Part shown: in pieces, positions 27,301 to 38,413 of the stretch
How positions within the stretch are numbered: position 1 is the first letter of the stretch
Layout of the letters: every line of letters begins with the position of its first letter
Origin: Neocallimastix sp. 'constans'
Taxonomy: Eukaryota
Assembly (NCBI GenBank): GCA_050613775.1
Contig: JBODTK010000011.1
Coordinates: forward strand, 434,001 to 498,000
DNA length: 64,000 nucleotides
Direction of reading: 5' to 3'
Position numbers and translations under genes: made by a program
Notes under the pieces: model-generated
What the model was told of the DNA's origin: nothing
Database searches by the model: none
The model's input: only the letters and a program-made list of their open reading frames with translations

Positions 27301-29878
27301 ATACACTGTTTACAAGAACACTCGTACTGGACCTTCTATTGATGGTGATACTACTTTCACTCAATACTTCAGTATTCGTAAGGAAGCTCGTGACTGTGGT
27401 ACGATTGATATTTCAGCACACTTTGCTCAATGGGAAAAACTTGGAATGAAACTTGGTGTTATGCATGAAGCTAAGGTATTAGGAGAAGCTGGTAGTAACA
27501 ATGGAGGTACTAGTGGTACCGCCGATTTCCCATATGCTAAGGTTTACATTAATAATAATGGTGGTAATGCTGCTGCCGCTCCAGCCCCAGCCCCAGCCGC
27601 TCAAGCTCAAGCCCCAGTTGCACAAGCCCCAGTTGCACAAGCTCCAGTTCAAGCTGCTCCAGCTCCAGCCGCTGCCTCAAACTTCTGTAGTTCTGCTAAG
27701 CATTCTGGTCAAAGTGTTACTAACTATAGTAACACTGTAAGTACTATTGGTGATGTAGGTTATGAATTATGGGCTGACAGTGGTTCTAACAGTGCTACTT
27801 TCTATTCTGATGGTTCCTTCTCTTGTTCTTTCCAAAATGCTGGTGACTACTTATGTCGTGCTGGTCTCTCCTTCGATTCTACTCAATCTCACCAACAAAT
27901 TGGTCACATGTATGCTGATTTCAAACTTGTCAAACAAAACATTGCTAATGTTGATTACTCCTTCGTTGGTGTTTACGGTTGGACTAGACAACCACTTGTT
28001 GAATACTACATTGTTGATAACTGGCTTAGTCAATACCGTCCAGCTGATTGGGTTGGTGATACTAAGTTTGGTGATTTTGTTATTGATGGTGCTGAATACA
28101 CTGTTTACAAAAACACTCGTACTGGACCTTCTATTGATGGTGATACCACTTTCACTCAATACTTCAGTATTCGTAAGGAAGCTCGTGACTGTGGTACGAT
28201 TGATATTTCAGCACACTTTGCTCAATGGGAAAAACTTGGAATGAAACTTGGTGTCATGCATGAAGCTAAGGTATTAGGAGAAGCTGGTAGTAACAATGGA
28301 GGTACTAGTGGTACAGCCGATTTCCCATATGCTAAGGTTTACATCAACAATAATGGTGGTAATGCTGCTGCTGCTCCAGCCCAAGCCCCAGCCGCTCAAG
28401 CTCAAGCCCCAGCCGCTCAAGCTCAAGCTCCAGCTGCTCAAGCTCCAGTTCAAGCTGCTCCAGCTCCAGCCGCTGCCTCAAACTTCTGTAGTTCTGCTAA
28501 GCATTCTGGTCAAAGTGTTACTAACTATAGTAACACCGTAAGTACTATTGGTGATGTAGGTTATGAATTATGGGCTGACAGTGGTTCTAACAGTGCTACT
28601 TTCTATTCTGATGGTTCCTTCTCTTGTTCTTTCCAAAATGCTGGTGACTACTTATGTCGTGCTGGTCTCTCCTTCGATTCTACTCAATCTCACCAACAAA
28701 TTGGTCACATGTATGCTGATTTCAAACTTGTCAAACAAAACATTGCTAATGTTGATTACTCCTTCGTTGGTGTTTACGGTTGGACAAGACAACCACTTGT
28801 TGAATACTACATTGTTGATAACTGGCTTAGTCAATACCGTCCAGCTGATTGGGTTGGTGATACTAAGTTTGGAGATTTCGTTATTGATGGTGCTGAATAC
28901 ACTGTTTACAAGAACACTCGTACTGGACCTTCTATTGATGGTGATACCACTTTCACTCAATACTTCAGTATTCGTAAGGAAGCTCGTGACTGTGGTACGA
29001 TTGATATTTCAGCACACTTTGCTCAATGGGAAAAACTTGGAATGAAACTTGGTGTTATGCATGAAGCTAAGGTATTAGGAGAAGCTGGTAGTAACAATGG
29101 AGGTACTAGTGGTACAGCCGATTTCCCATATGCTAAGGTTTACATTAATAATAATAGTGGTAATGCCGCTGCTCCAGCTCCAGCACAAGCTCCAGCCCCA
29201 GTTCCAGCCGCTCCAAAATATCCAAAGGGTAATGGATTCCAATTCTACACTCAATGTGTTAATCCAAAGGATTGGGCTATGACTTATGATGATGGACCAA
29301 CTGAATATGCTGATGCTATTTTAGATCTTTTAAAGGAAAAGGGAGTTAAGGCTACTTTCTTCGTTCTTGGTAAATTCTACATGGATAGTAGTAATCCAGA
29401 ATGGGCTAGAATTATTAAGAGAATGGATAGTGAAGGTCATATCATTGGTACTCACACCTTCTCTCATCAAGATCTTACTCAATTAAGTTATGATCAAATT
29501 CTTGATGAAATGAATAAGATTACTGATGCTGTCTACAAGGTTATTGGTAAGAAGCCAGTCTTCATGCGTCCACCATATGGTTCCGGTAGAGGTAATCAAA
29601 CTGTTATGGGTGCTCTTCAAGGTCTTGGCTATAATGCTGCTGTTACTTGGAATGTTGATCCAATGGATTACAGTAATGGTGGTGATATTAATTACGCTGT
29701 CAGTGCTATCAAACAAACTATTGGACAACCAATCATTACCTTAAATCACTTAAAGTATGAAGGTGATTCTCTTAATGGTATTTTAGCTTTAGCTAAGGCT
29801 GAAATTGATACCTTATTAGGAGCTGGTTACAGATCTGTTACTATGGAAGAATGTCTTGGAATGAGTGCCTATGAATAA
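24395..29878 (+). CDS. Secreted multidomain endo-1,4-beta-xylanase/deacetylase: signal peptide + 6 x GH11 + CE4 (NodB) domain, ~1827 aa
   Basis: Likely ATG at 24395 gives the signal-peptide-like MKSFNINQILFSLATAGFVSA. GH11 units start at 24464, 25268, 26078, 26888, 27683 and 28484. Each has PLVEYYIVD and KVLGEAG (the two catalytic Glu) and they are joined by Ala/Pro/Gln linkers. The C-terminal CE4 (~29230-29875) has TYDDGP, HTFSH, RPPYG, DPMDY and LNH. Intronless. Confidence 0.96.
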   Translation: MKSFNINQILFSLATAGFVSAQSFCSSAKHSGQSVTNYSNTVSTIGDVGYELWADSGSNSATFYSDGSFSCSFQNAGDYLCRAGLSFDSTQSHQQIGHMYADFKLVKQNIANVDYSFVGVYGWTRQPLVEYYIVDNWLSQYRPADWVGDTKFGDFVIDGAEYTVYKNTRTGPSIDGDTTFTQYFSIRKEARDCGTIDISAHFAQWEKLGMKLGVMHEAKVLGEAGSNNGGTSGTADFPYAKVYINNNGGNAAAAPAPAPAPQAQAPVAQAQAPVAQAPVQAAPAPAASGSNFCSSAKHSGQSVTNYSNTVSTIGDVGYELWADSGSNSATFYSDGSFSCSFQNAGDYLCRAGLSFDSTQSHQQIGHMYADFKLVKQNIANVDYSFVGVYGWTRQPLVEYYIVDNWLSQYRPADWVGDTKFGDFVIDGAEYTVYKNTRTGPSIDGDTTFTQYFSIRKEARDCGTIDISAHFAQWEKLGMKLGVMHEAKVLGEAGSNNGGTSGTADFPYAKVYINNNGGNAAAPVAAAAPAPVAQAQVKAVVDAPVAQAAPAPAPVQAAAASDFCSSAKHSGQSVTNYSNTVSTIGDVGYELWADSGSNSATFYSDGSFSCSFQNAGDYLCRAGLSFDSTQSHQQIGHMYADFKLVKQNIANVDYSFVGVYGWTRQPLVEYYIVDNWLSQYRPADWVGDTKFGDFVIDGAEYTVYKNTRTGPSIDGDTTFTQYFSIRKEARDCGTIDISAHFAQWEKLGMKLGVMHEAKVLGEAGSNNGGTSGTADFPYAKVYINNNGGNAAAPVAAAAPAPVAQAQVKAVVDAPVAQAAPAPAPVQAAAASDFCSSAKHSGQSVTNYSNTVSTIGDVGYELWADSGSNSATFYSDGSFSCSFQNAGDYLCRAGLSFDSTQSHQQIGHMYADFKLVKQNIANVDYSFVGVYGWTRQPLVEYYIVDNWLSQYRPADWVGDTKFGDFVIDGAEYTVYKNTRTGPSIDGDTTFTQYFSIRKEARDCGTIDISAHFAQWEKLGMKLGVMHEAKVLGEAGSNNGGTSGTADFPYAKVYINNNGGNAAAAPAPAPAAQAQAPVAQAPVAQAPVQAAPAPAAASNFCSSAKHSGQSVTNYSNTVSTIGDVGYELWADSGSNSATFYSDGSFSCSFQNAGDYLCRAGLSFDSTQSHQQIGHMYADFKLVKQNIANVDYSFVGVYGWTRQPLVEYYIVDNWLSQYRPADWVGDTKFGDFVIDGAEYTVYKNTRTGPSIDGDTTFTQYFSIRKEARDCGTIDISAHFAQWEKLGMKLGVMHEAKVLGEAGSNNGGTSGTADFPYAKVYINNNGGNAAAAPAQAPAAQAQAPAAQAQAPAAQAPVQAAPAPAAASNFCSSAKHSGQSVTNYSNTVSTIGDVGYELWADSGSNSATFYSDGSFSCSFQNAGDYLCRAGLSFDSTQSHQQIGHMYADFKLVKQNIANVDYSFVGVYGWTRQPLVEYYIVDNWLSQYRPADWVGDTKFGDFVIDGAEYTVYKNTRTGPSIDGDTTFTQYFSIRKEARDCGTIDISAHFAQWEKLGMKLGVMHEAKVLGEAGSNNGGTSGTADFPYAKVYINNNSGNAAAPAPAQAPAPVPAAPKYPKGNGFQFYTQCVNPKDWAMTYDDGPTEYADAILDLLKEKGVKATFFVLGKFYMDSSNPEWARIIKRMDSEGHIIGTHTFSHQDLTQLSYDQILDEMNKITDAVYKVIGKKPVFMRPPYGSGRGNQTVMGALQGLGYNAAVTWNVDPMDYSNGGDINYAVSAIKQTIGQPIITLNHLKYEGDSLNGILALAKAEIDTLLGAGYRSVTMEECLGMSAYE

Positions 29879-31187
29879 ATATCTTATTTTAGAAAATAGA
29901 AATAATTTATTATAATAGTAATAATTATGAAAACTAATCATAATAATAGTAATAATTAATATTTATTTATTAGTAAATTATCATATAACCTTTTTCTATT
30001 TTATTTAAATAGAAATATATTTATAAAAAAAATTAATCATTATAATGTAATATATTTTTTTTTATATAATTTTATATATATATATTCTTTTTTTATTTTA
30101 AAAAAAAATAATTATGTATATCTGAAGTTGTATAAAATATTTATATAAATTATTGTTAAATAATAATAATAAAAGAAAAAAATATATTTTATAATATATA
30201 ATATACAATGTAGAAATATATATAAAATAAAAATATATTAAAATATTTTAAAATTTTTAATTAATAATAAATAAAAAAAAAAAAAATAGAGAATGAAGTG
30301 TTTAAAACATTAAAAATTGGGAGTACTCATTTTTTAAAAATATATACAATTATTAACTTATTTATATAACTAAAACAGTTCAAAATATTAATATAAAATA
30401 TATATATATATTAAATCATTATTATAATTATTAAAATTAATTTTAATATTATTAATATCTTCTTATAACAATACAATATTCAATATTAAAAATATTATAT
30501 TTATTAAATAAATTATATCAATCATAAAAAATATTACTTATAATGAAATATATAATAACAATAGTAATTCAATACAGTATTTAAACCACACACACATATA
30601 TATATATATATTATTTTTTTAAGATAAAAAAAGGATTACTACTATTTTTTTTTTTTTTTTTTTTTTTTTTACTTATATATTTTTCATTTTTCAATTTTAT
30701 TCTTTAAAATAATAAAATAATAAAATAATTATGCAATATTTTGGTATTAAAAATTTTCAAGTAGTGTACTTTTTTTTATATTTTATCAAAATAATAAATA
30801 AAATATATAGAGCATGAACTTCTTTTTTAATATTTTTTCTTTATTTAAATATTACTTATTTATAAACATCTTATATAGACTTATTTTTTATTTAATAAAA
30901 ATTAATTTTTAAAATAAAAACAAACAATAAAAAAAAATAATAATATAAACTTTTTTAATTTAATTAAATTACAATTTATTAAAAAAAAACAACTTGTTTT
31001 TGGTCATTGTTAAAATTAGGAAATTTAGGTGTTTGAAACTTTTTAAGATATTAACGACATCGAAACGATAATGCAAATGAGAATAATAATAATTTATACA
31101 TTAAGTATTAATAAAGGATATTCATTTTTATTATAATAATATAATATATACATATTTTTAGTAATAATAAATTGTCAATATAATTTG

Positions 31188-31234
<47 letters not shown>

Positions 31235-31608
31235 AATATATAATATCCATATATAAAAATTTAGAGAATATATATAATAATTTAAGAAGATAATTATTAT
31301 TGAGTTTATTATTTTTTTTTTATATATATATAATAAATATAATTTTTTATACTATGATAAATAGTATACAATTAAATGTTAGTTATCCATTGAACTATTA
31401 TATTTTGACTCCTTCATAAAAATCATTTTTCAATATTCTTTTAAATTTTTTGACTCCATAAAAATCATTTTTCAATATTCTTTTAAATTTTTTTAATTAT
31501 ATTATTGATTACATCTACTATAAACTTTATTATAATTCAAGTCTATATCAACTGATCCATCTGAAAAATATCGTTCATTAAAATATTTGATATATACATA
31601 TATATATA

Positions 31609-31645
<37 letters not shown>

Positions 31646-31999
31646 TTTATTTTTTTTATACAATATAAAATATTTCTTTATTCTTCTTTATAACTTTTAA
31701 TATTCATATAGTATAAACTAGATAATTATGCCTTCAAGATTGTGCACTAAAATTAGATGATATTATATATGATATCAAATAGCTATTTGTTAAAAAAATA
31801 AAATTAGTATTCAAGATTCAAACCAATAAGTGTAATACATATGTTTTAGACTATTTGTAGATGGATATTCAATGAGAATAGAAAAATAATATAATAAAAA
31901 AAAATAAATAAATAAAGTATAAATTTCATCTTCCTCTCTTTCTCTTTCTCTTTTTCCTTCTCCTCCTCTTCCTCTTCTTCTTCTTATTCTTCTTCTTCT

Positions 32000-33520
32000 T
32001 CATTCAAATTAAATATGTATTTAACAATATTAAAATGTTAATTTTTATAAGCATAGACTACTGCCGGATCATCATTTACATCACAAAAATCAATAAAGGC
32101 ATGGTTTTGAATAAGATACTGAACAATGATTATATTTCTAGATTGAAATATAAGAATTAGATTGCCCTTTATTACTTTGTTTTATTGATTTTTGATTCCC
32201 TTCTTTATTAAATATTTTTTACATGATCTGCTTCATGCTCTATTTAATATTGGATTATCTCCTTATTATCAATCATAATAGACTTCATTACTTCTGTTCT
32301 TCTCTTCACATTACATAGATCAATATCTTGAGATGACCACCAACATTGATTAAACTTAAAAATATTGTTTAATTATTATTTTCACATACTATTATTAATG
32401 CTGTTGAACCATACCCATTATACAGATTGACATTGATTTTATTATTTATCAAGCAATTAACTATTTCTTGGTTATTATTCTCACAGGCAAACATTAAAAC
32501 TGTATTTTTTTTCAAACTTAGACTATTTATTAACATCGGCTCCAAAAAGTGATAATATAATTTATAAGGTCGATTTGATTCTTTTTTTTTTTTTTTTTTT
32601 TTTAAATAGTTTCATTAAAAGTGTTTCCTTTTTTTTTTTTTGTCGTAATGAACATCTACATCACCACCACTTTCCATTAAATATTTATATAATTTCCATA
32701 TTACTTTGGTTATAAGCAATAAATAAAGAACCATTAAAGTTATTCGCTTGGTTGCTATAGTTAATTGACATAAACTCCATTCTTTAATAAAAATTAGATA
32801 TTTTCAAGAGGGCTTGTAGACTATGCCTCCTTTAATACTGTTTCACTTTCATTATTATGATGATTAATATTTATACTTAAATATACTAAATATTTTATAC
32901 TGGAAAAACTATTATTCTCACAAGCAATCATTAAAGGTATTATTACCTTTGTCATCATGCTGATTAATATCTGCCCTATGATTTATTAAATAGATAATAA
33001 ATTTATTCTAAATTATTTTTCCTTTGAACCTATTAATAATCCTGAACTGTCTTTGGGGTCTTTTTGATTCAATAGAGCATGTTCAATCAAATATTTTTCC
33101 ATAAATAAAGAAATTATTGTTTTTTTTTATACATAAATTAATGCTGAACTGCTTCGAAGATTTACAGAATTAATAACAAGTTCCTGGTTCATTAAGTATT
33201 TTACCAACTCTATATGATTTCATTTTTAGGCAGTCACTGATTAAGGAAATAGTTCTATCTTTTGATATTATTTTGATATCAGCAGCTTGATCAATTAAAT
33301 ACTGAGCAATTTTTTCATTGTCATATTAACAAGAATAAAAACCTATATTGTTTACATAAATTGATATCTACATTTTTTTTCAACCAAATATTTTATTATG
33401 TCAAAATTTTGTTCCTTACAGGCATACATTAAGGCACAATAACTATTTATTTCAGCTCCATAACAAATTAAATCTTTAATAATATCAACATTTCCAATAT
33501 TGTATACTCTACATTCAAAG
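32000..33520 (-). pseudogene. Decayed ankyrin-repeat gene
   Basis: Minus-strand fragments LMYACKEQNFDIIKYLVEK-NVDIN (~33430-33360) and YLINHRADINQHDDKGN-PLMIACENNSFSSIKYLV (~32995-32885) fit the ankyrin consensus. They are broken by frameshifts and stops, and the boundaries are approximate. Confidence 0.75.
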
Positions 33521-33969
33521 TAAATTAAATGAATAATAAATAAATAAATAAATAAATTAATGAATGAATAAATAATTTTTTTTGTAATAAGTTATTTTAT
33601 ATATATATTATATATATATATATTTATTTATTTTTAATTAAACATTAATAAAAACAGTTCAAAAAATAAAAAATCGAACTATTAATTATTATATTTATAT
33701 TATAAAAATAAATAAATAATAATAATAATAAAAATACTAATAAAAAAAAAAAAAAAAATAAATTTAAGTATATAAATTAAACTTTTTTTTTTTTATCTTC
33801 TTTTTTATTCAATATATTAATAGAAGATTATGAATTTTATATAATATTTTTATAGTAATATTATTAAAATCAGTTCTATTATTTATATTTATACCTTTTA
33901 AATTCTATTTAATTATTGAATAATTAGAATAATTAAATAAAATTAATATCAGTAAATTAGTTCATTCTA

Positions 33970-34010
<41 letters not shown>

Positions 34011-34037
34011 CTATCTTAATAATATAATTTATACAAA

Positions 34038-35170
34038 ATGTTATCCTCAACATTGGGAAATATAAAACCAAAATTTACTTTAAATAAAGTAAATCAACTT
34101 AAGCCAACACTTTTCAATAAACTAACATTAAATAAGGTTAATTTATTAAAATTAAATAATAGCCAAAAACTTAATTTGTCAACTACTACCTCAACACAAG
34201 AATTAGATACTAGTAAGTATTTATCGTCAATGTCAATCCATTTTATTTTTATTTTTATTTTTATTTTAATTTTAATTTTAATTATTTATTTTTGTTATTA
34301 TTATTTTTTAAATATAATTTATATAAAAATGAGAAATTGATTTATTTAAGGAATATTATGATTAAATTAATAATTTCGTTATGGACATTGTTTAATAATT
34401 ATTATTATTATTTTTTTTTTAAATAGCCGCTTTTAAAAACTTTTTAGGTTTAACGTAAGTGGTAGTTTAAATTTTGTAATATAAATAAACGTTATTGTTT
34501 ATACAATTTAAAACATTCGTTAAAATCATCTATTCGTATTTTTATATATATAATTTTTATTCAATTAGTAAATTGGAACCAGGTCAAATTTTAAAATTGA
34601 ATAGAAATGAATTGCATGCATTAATCACTACAAAAGATAAAAAAGTGGTTCAAGCAATGTTTAACCATGCTGAAAGTGTTACTCAACGTTTTTTCCAAAA
34701 TAAAATTTATTTAAGAGGTATTGTTGAATTTTCAAATCAGTGTGAAAAAAATTGTAAATATTGTGGGGTACGACGTAGTATAAAAAGTTTAAAACGATAT
34801 TGTATGAGTCAGGAAGATATATTGAGGTGCAGTGACGTTGTTTTTAACAATGGTTATGGTACATTCATGTTACAATCAGGAGAAATTACAACTCCAGAAA
34901 GAATTGATTGGTTAGAAGATCTTATAAAAAAAATTAAAAAGAGAAGTCGAGAATTAGAATCTAAACGTTTTAATCGACCATTAAGTGAATGTAAAGGATT
35001 ACAAGTAGCAATAAGTGTTGGTGAACTCTCTTCTGAATATTATCAAAGACTTTACGATGCTGGTGCAAGAAGGTACTATATATATATATATATATATTTT
35101 TTTTAAAAAAAAAAAAAAACTCAAATATTATTTGTACTTATTTTGATATATTTTATATATATCAATGATT

Positions 35171-35202
<32 letters not shown>

Positions 35203-36166
35203 TAAAACATTATTTTCTTTATTTTTATTATTATTATTATTGATATTTTTTAATTATTATAATATTTCAATATAAAATTGTTATTTAATGATAACAACAA
35301 TAATAAATAATAACACTAATAACAACACCCAAAACAATAAAATAAAACCAATAATAACAACTAATATACTAATAATAATGTTAATAATAATAATAATAAT
35401 GTTGATAATTATAATAATAACAATAACTCTAATTATAAAAAAAAAAAAAACAACAACAAAATACAAATAAAATTTATGAAATAAATAAATAAATAATCAA
35501 ATCAATAGATATTTATTAAGAATTGAAACTTCTAATCCAAAACTTTATTCCAAATTACATCCAAGAGATCATAAATGGGAAGTTAGACATAAATGTCTAT
35601 TAGAACTTAAAAGAATTGGTTATCAAACAGGTACCGGTGTACTAATTGGTGTACCTCATCAAACAGAATGGGATATGGCTGATGATATATTGTACTTAGA
35701 TAAACTTGGAGCTCATATGATTGGTATGGGACCCTATATCTATCAACCCCATACACCCATTGGTAACTATTGGAAGTTCACTACTGGAAGAAAATACAGT
35801 AATCATATGGAGGAATATCATGAAATGTTAATAGATAAAACCATTAGACTATATGCTTTAACTCGTATTGTTATGGGTACTTCAAATATTGCGGCCACAA
35901 CTGCCTTAGAAGCTTTAAGTCCTACTGCACGTGAAAAAGCTTTAGTTTCCGGATGTAATTTAGTGATGCCCATTATTACTCCTGATGAATATAGAAAAGA
36001 ATATTCCTTATATGTTGGTAAAGCTGAAGTCGTTTCTCATCGAAAGAAATTAGTTGATCTCATTACTAAAATTAATAAGGAACCTGTATTCTTTGAATGG
36101 GGTGATCCATTAAGTCATCAAATAGAACAAAAGAATAAGAAGAAGATGCAACAACAACAACAATAA
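34038..36166 (+). CDS. hydE: [FeFe]-hydrogenase H-cluster maturase HydE-like radical SAM protein with N-terminal organellar (hydrogenosomal) presequence, ~454 aa
   Basis: Exons 34038-34212, 34427-34454, 34569-35072 and 35509-36166, all GT..AG and in frame (1365 nt). Motifs: YLRGIVEFSNQCEKNCKYCG (CxxxCxxC), LQSGE, YLLRIETS, TGTGVLIGVPHQT, MIGMGPYIYQPHTP, AATTAL and LVMPIITP..YRKEYSLYVGK, which are characteristic of HydE rather than BioB. Confidence 0.88.
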
Positions 36167-36603
36167 TAGTAAAAACAACAACAACAATCATACTAATAAT
36201 AATAACAATATCAGGTGCAATTATAATTATCACTAAATGAATAATTATAATAAAGAAAAGTTTATTTCCTTATAAAAATAGGAAATAAATAGTTAATAAT
36301 AATAATAATAAAAAATCATTAAAAATAAATAATAATGATAAAGAAGAAGTTTTCATAAAAATACCCATTATATTTTAACACTAGAAGAATAACTAAACTC
36401 TAATGAAAGCGTTCTTTGGAATATAAAAATAATTAAATAAAAAAAAAAAAAAAAAAAAAAAAAAGAAAAAAATAACTAAATAAATCAATAAAAAAAAAAA
36501 AAAAAAAGAAAAAAATAACTAAATAAATCAATAAAAAAAAAAAAAAAAATAATATAATAATTAATAAGTAATTTATTATTAAATAAATAAAATTTTATTT
36601 TTT

Positions 36604-36654
<51 letters not shown>

Positions 36655-36854
36655 AAATTATTACAATAATTAGAAAAAAAAAAAAAAAAAACTTTTTTTT
36701 TTTATAGTATTAAAATATAATAGAATTAATTAATTTAAGTAGTAGATGTGATTGTATTTGACAATACTGTTTTATCCATTTGTATTATTTATTAGCTTTT
36801 TTTTTTTTTTTAGAAAAAAAAAAAAAAAAAAAAAAAAGTAAAAAAATAAAAGAA

Positions 36855-36899
<45 letters not shown>

Positions 36900-37088
36900 A
36901 ATTAATTAATTAATTAAACAAATAATAATAATAAACATTAAAAATAATTTTTAGAAAAAGACATAGTATATTCATTAAATTCTTTACCATTTGGTTCTTT
37001 TTCATCATATATTTATTATGAATATAAAGATATTTGTACTGTCATTAATAAAAAAAAAATGTAAATTCTCAATTTTTTCATTATTTTC

Positions 37089-37130
<42 letters not shown>

Positions 37131-37557
37131 CATCTTTTATTATAACAAAATTCTTCAAGAAAATTATTTCCAAATAAATTTGTACAACTTATATGTTTGT
37201 TTACAACATTGTCCTATATATTTATAAAAATCTATCACAGGCCACTATTTCTGACAATTTATATAATTTTTTTTTTTTAAATCTTTTTATCTATTTCTGC
37301 CTTCTGAGAAAGCGTCATCAGGATATATATTAGTATTTGATCTAATTTCATTTAATTTTTGAATAATCCCTAAAAAATAGATTTCTCTTAATGTACTTTT
37401 ACTACTATTATCAACCGTTAAATAATCTCCACTTGTATCTTTAACAATGTTACCATTATGGTCACTAGCAGCTAGTATTAGAATAGCTGATTATAAATCT
37501 AAATGATTGTATAGACTACTATCAAATTTTATAACAATTACTAATAAAAGAATAAAA

Positions 37558-37614
<57 letters not shown>

Positions 37615-38017
37615 GTAAAAAAAACACTAATCACAATAGGCATGGGGCATTAGTAAGGAGGTCCATAAGCCCCAGAAAATATGAAATTGGGAAAAGAATA
37701 CTCTCTCAAAGGTAATTGAAGAATATTATAAATAAAACAAAACTTCTTTTCTCCCGAACAAACTTTATTATTTATATATATATATATATATATAAAATAA
37801 TAAAGTCGTTGCTGTTGTATTTTCTTCTTTCAAAGAGTTATATATATTATATATATATATATTATATTATATTTATTTCAAGAGGATTTTCAACCTAATA
37901 GAAAAAATTCAATTTATTTATTTAGTAAATTGTATTAACTTTATTTAATATTTAGATTGTTTTATCATATAATTATTATTGGTGAAAAGAAAATTGAAAA
38001 TAATAATAATAAAAGAC

Positions 38018-38067
<50 letters not shown>

Positions 38068-38379
38068 AAAAGTAAAAAAGGATATTAAATATCAAAAGTA
38101 TATTTAATAAATTAAAAAAAAAAAAAAATACATAAAGTGGAAATGAATCAATTCTTAACAAGAATAACATAAAAAATACCATAATTATATAATCATCCAA
38201 TAAAAAAAAAAAAAAAAAAAAAAAAAGAAAGTACATTATAAATAATAATAACATTATAGAGTACTATAGATGATTCATACATAAAAAGAAATAGTAAATA
38301 CATGTAAAAAAAAAAAAAAAGGAAAAAAAAAAAAAAGAAAAAAGGAAAAAGATAACATGGAATAAAAAATGATACTATT

Positions 38380-38413
<34 letters not shown>

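Noticed and set aside
24543..29744. Repeated 160-aa and 102-aa overlapping or antisense ORFs
   Set aside because: Shadow frames of the codon-biased GH11 repeats.
37290..37325. Minus-strand CTGATGA...GAAA resembling a hammerhead ribozyme core
   Set aside because: Stem II closes with a C-A mismatch and I could not find convincing stems I and III.
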